Assembly (NCBI RefSeq): GCF_000008565.1
Contig: NC_000958.1
Span: forward strand, 90,001-122,000
Direction: 5' to 3'
From: Deinococcus radiodurans R1 = ATCC 13939 = DSM 20539
GTDB lineage: Bacteria; Deinococcota; Deinococci; Deinococcales; Deinococcaceae
DNA: 32,000 bases
In this document: positions 29,730-32,000 of the stretch, piece after piece
How positions within the stretch are numbered: the stretch's first letter is position 1
Layout: each line of letters starts with the position of its first letter
Notes under the pieces: model-generated
Databases searched by the model: none
What the model was told of the DNA's origin: nothing
What the model saw: the letters and a program-made list of their open reading frames with translations, nothing else
Made by a program: the position numbers and the translations under genes

Positions 29730-30358
29730 GACTGCTCCTGGCGCTTCAGACCGTTCGGCTCCACCGGCTGACTCAGCCAGTGCTGATCGGTCTGCACGTG
29801 CCCGCGCCGCACCCACTTGGCGACCTTGCGCCCGAAGTCGGCGTAGGGAATGGCGGCGGTCACGCGCACCACGTAGCCTTCCATCCGTTCCGGGTCGGGG
29901 TCCAGGGCCTGAAGGGCGGCCTCGTCCCAGGGGCCGCGGTACAGCTCGCGCGGGGTGGGCAAAGAGAGCCGCTCGGCCCATCCGCGCACCTCGTCCCAGG
30001 GCCGCGAGACGTTAAGGTCGTCCCAGACGCTGAAGAGGTAAAAATAGCCGTCCAGATCGTCGTATTTCAAACTATGGACGGCGTAGACGTTCTCGCCGCA
30101 AAATCGCCAGCCGAGCGGGATGTCGTGGGCGACGCGGCCCCGCTCGGCCTTGACCCAGGTCCGTGAGGGGTGCGGGCGCATGTCGAGGCTGCGGGCGTGC
30201 AGGTCATCACGGTAGAGGCTGGTGTTTTCGCCGTCGAGCTTCTCGGTCACGACGACCTCCTTGCCGATAAATCCGCTCAGCGACGTGATGCGGCGGTCAT
30301 CGTTCTGGAGGCCCGGCGACCAGGGCAGGTGGGGGATGGAAGGGTATTTGACTCGCAT
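29726..30358 (-). CDS. ligB: Minimal ATP-dependent nucleic-acid ligase (nucleotidyltransferase domain only), LigB/DdrP
   Basis: 210 aa with motif I EKLDGEN, a motif III-like FCGENVYA, YFYLFSVWD and a motif V-like EGYVVRV...KWVR. No OB domain is present. First gene of the three-gene operon. Confidence 0.9.
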   Translation of the reverse strand: MRVKYPSIPHLPWSPGLQNDDRRITSLSGFIGKEVVVTEKLDGENTSLYRDDLHARSLDMRPHPSRTWVKAERGRVAHDIPLGWRFCGENVYAVHSLKYDDLDGYFYLFSVWDDLNVSRPWDEVRGWAERLSLPTPRELYRGPWDEAALQALDPDPERMEGYVVRVTAAIPYADFGRKVAKWVRRGHVQTDQHWLSQPVEPNGLKRQEQS

Positions 30359-30409
30359 ACAGGATCACTGCTGCGTAGAGTAGAGAAAACCTGAGGGTGA
30401 CGGCATCGG

Positions 30410-30443
30410 CCTGACGGTCAGGTGGGGTAAGCGCTGTGGCTTA
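30410..30443. promoter_or_regulatory. Two adjacent palindromes upstream of ligB (candidate operators)
   Basis: CCTGAC-G-GTCAGG (30410-30422) and TAAGC-GCTGTG-GCTTA (30428-30443), 52-85 nt upstream of the ligB ATG (30358). Confidence 0.3.
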
Positions 30444-30479
30444 GCTGTCCGGTCGCCGACTTGTGCGGTCCCCACGAAA

Positions 30480-30522
30480 GAAAAGCGAGCGGCAAGGACA
30501 CGTCCCCATCCACCCGCTTTTC
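30480..30522 (-). terminator. Possible terminator of the amine oxidase remnant
   Basis: On the minus strand, GAAAAGCG...CGCTTTTC (8-bp stem, long structured loop) is followed by TTTCG. It lies 29 nt downstream of the stop at 30551. Confidence 0.3.
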
Positions 30523-30550
30523 TAAGCTGTATCGGTTCTTCTTAGCCTGA

Positions 30551-31860
30551 CTAGCCTTCGTTGGGCGGCGTCTCAATCGGCAGAACGTCATCACCAACCT
30601 GCGTGGTGCCCGAGCAGCAACTGCCGCCTGACGCCGGCGCCCCGTCCTGCACGCTGTGGGCGTTGCGGTCACGCGGCAGGTTCATGGCCGGGTTCTGGCT
30701 GAAAAAGCCGTTGGGCTTGAGCATGAATCCGGCGTATTCCACCGGCATGATCGGGAAGTCTTCGGGCTTGCAGACGTGGGTGTGGCCGAAGGTGTGCCAG
30801 ACGATGAGATCTTCGTTCTGGATGTTGCGGTTTTGCTGCACGTACTTGGGCAGGCCGTCCCCGCCGGCATGCTGGTTGGGGTAGTCGCCCGAGGCGTACT
30901 TCTCGTTTTCATGGCACGGCGTCACCCAGATGTGCTTGGTGGCGAAGCCGCCGCGGTGCCGGACGGTCGAGCCTTCGCGCGCGAGCATCAGCGGGCTGGG
31001 GTTGATGATCAGTTTGTAGCCCGTGGGATTGCCCACCGAGTTCTTGACGTTGGGATTGATGATTTTCCAGTAGCGCCCGGTCTTGCCGTCCGCCTCGCGG
31101 CAGGCGTCGAGTTCGCGGGTCAGGGTGCGGCTAGTCGTATGAAAGACGTTGCCGTAGGGGTTGGTGTCGCTCCAGGGCGCCGGCTGAAACTCGTGTTCAG
31201 TGACCGAGTTCTGAACGCCGTCGACCATCATATCGAGCCGGGCATTGAAAAAATGCTGGTGGGTCGGGCCGCCCAGCCCCTCGTCGACCATGCCGCCGTA
31301 GGGGTAAGGCTGACCCGGTTCGATGGCCGCGGTCTGGATGATGCCGGTCAGCTTGGCTTCCAGCTGAATCGTGCCGTCCTGGTAGAGGTACCAGTAAAAG
31401 CCGTAATCGTAATTGCCCAATAGTCTGTGCAGTTTTGGAGTTCAGCTACCCAAGCTGCGATAAACACGGCGTTTTTTGCCCCTCCCCCTTGCGGGGGAGG
31501 TTGGGAGAGGGGAGCGCAGGCAGCGTCCTAAACAGCAAAATCTTGATCGCCTTCTCTAACGACCACAAAACTGCACGAACCATTGAATTGCCGACGGTGG
31601 CGAAAAACGAGATGACCAGCCGGCGCGAGCGGCGCATCTCGTGCATGCCGACCCGGAACTCGTTGTGCTTCCAGAGGGTGCCGTAGTCCTCCTCGTGCAT
31701 GCACACGGCGTTTTTCATGATGAACGGCTGCCCGAAATCGTCAGCGGCAGGAATGTCGAAGTAGCGAATCAGGCCCAGGCAATCGCAGCCGAGTTCCAGT
31801 TGATTGGCGACTTTGCCCAGGCCGTATTCGCCCGCGTCGAAGGCACTTTTCCAGCTCAGT
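30551..31860 (-). pseudogene. Copper (topaquinone) amine oxidase, C-terminal catalytic domain only; interrupted by a MITE and 5'-truncated
   Basis: The upstream part reads SWKSAFDAGEYGLG...CMHEEDYGTLWKH...RRLVISFFATVGN (31860-31586). The downstream part reads (G)NYDYGFYWYLYQDGTIQLE...HQHFF...WHTFGHTH (31417-30551). It is collinear with Arthrobacter-type amine oxidase. The frame closes at the stop at 31873-31875, and none of the three frames upstream encodes the expected VPYGDP region. Confidence 0.9.
31418..31585. mobile_element. 168-bp MITE-like element with 20-bp terminal inverted repeats and 7-bp target-site duplication
   Basis: TIRs are CAATAGTCTGTGCAGTTTTG (31418-31437) and the reverse complement of 31566-31585, CAATGGTTCGTGCAGTTTTG (17/20 identical). 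The flanking direct repeat AATTGCC sits at 31411-31417 and 31586-31592. There is no ORF. An internal hairpin CCTCCCCC-TTGC-GGGGGAGG lies at 31481-31500. Confidence 0.8.
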
Positions 31861-32000
31861 AGGTGACAACTTCACTTTCAGCCGCTCCTGGCGGGCAAAA
31901 AGCCTGGATGAACACCTCCAGGATCGCCATGAACTGTTGGGGTTTCCACCGGAGGGCATCCACGAGATGCTGAGCACCGTGCCGCACCAGACTGACCGCT
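31861..32000 (-). other. Foreign sequence abutting the truncated amine oxidase; 3' end of an ORF open to the window edge (possible IS end)
   Basis: Amine oxidase homology stops abruptly at about 31860. The minus-strand frame reads ...AVSLVRHGAQHLVDALRWKPQQFMAILEVFIQAFCPPGAAESEVVTY, stopping at 31859-31857. I recognise no family. Confidence 0.25.

Noticed and set aside
28872-29981. The 369-aa form of the PARG ORF starting at 29981.
   Set aside because: The extra 84 residues are Arg/Gly/Pro-rich and overlap the ligB coding region out of frame. MNRKNRTEQ at 29729 gives an ATGA stop/start overlap with ligB and a normal-size PARG.
30373-30389. Possible RDRM (DdrO operator) upstream of ligB: TTCTCTACTCTACGCAG on the gene strand.
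   Set aside because: It is not palindromic and matches the consensus at only a few positions. I left it as something to test by matrix scan rather than calling it a feature.
30418-30672. 84-aa ORF (-) spanning the ligB upstream region and the amine oxidase 3' end.
   Set aside because: It overlaps the amine oxidase C-terminus out of frame, has shadow-like composition, and shows no start context.

Overview
32-kb, high-GC (about two-thirds G+C) Deinococcus-type sequence. I recognise several products outright: a signal-peptide Dps2, the 342-aa Rnl5-type RNA ligase with its EKLHG lysine at residue 165, and the ligase / bacterial-type PARG / HD-phosphatase-kinase operon. These place the window on the D. 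radiodurans R1 megaplasmid MP1 or a near-identical replicon, roughly DR_B0073 to DR_B0102 (locus numbers are from memory and cannot be verified here). Gene order, left to right: fruA(partial)-fruK-fruB fructose PTS operon (-) with a divergent DeoR regulator; N-acylamino-acid racemase / solute-binding protein / GNAT operon (-); SDR (+); NarL-type response regulator plus TM-GAF-like histidine kinase (-), divergent from a rearranged kdp cluster: kdpB, a low-GC antisense membrane ORF, a micro-ORF, kdpF, kdpA, kdpC, truncated kdpD (+); secreted hypothetical (+); OmpR-type two-component pair (-) divergent from dps2 (+); GGDEF cyclase (-); RNA ligase translationally coupled to a disrupted DEDDh exonuclease (+); small acidic ORF (-); epoxide-hydrolase-like alpha/beta hydrolase (+); PNKP-like / PARG / LigB operon (-); copper amine oxidase pseudogene (-), hit by a 168-bp MITE and truncated at about 31860. 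Most notable points: (1) a nucleic-acid end-healing and sealing island in which a PARG is built into a ligase operon; (2) about 50 bp of cosmid vector (pBR322 tail, EcoRI, NotI, T3 promoter, BamHI half-site) plus a 59-bp duplication inside a gene, almost certainly an assembly artefact; (3) a 0.43-kb island of about 41% GC inside the kdp cluster; (4) a KdpD sensor split across two loci. No rRNA, tRNA or CRISPR array was seen. The many long Arg/Ala/Gly/Pro-rich ORFs in the track are shadow frames of the real genes.
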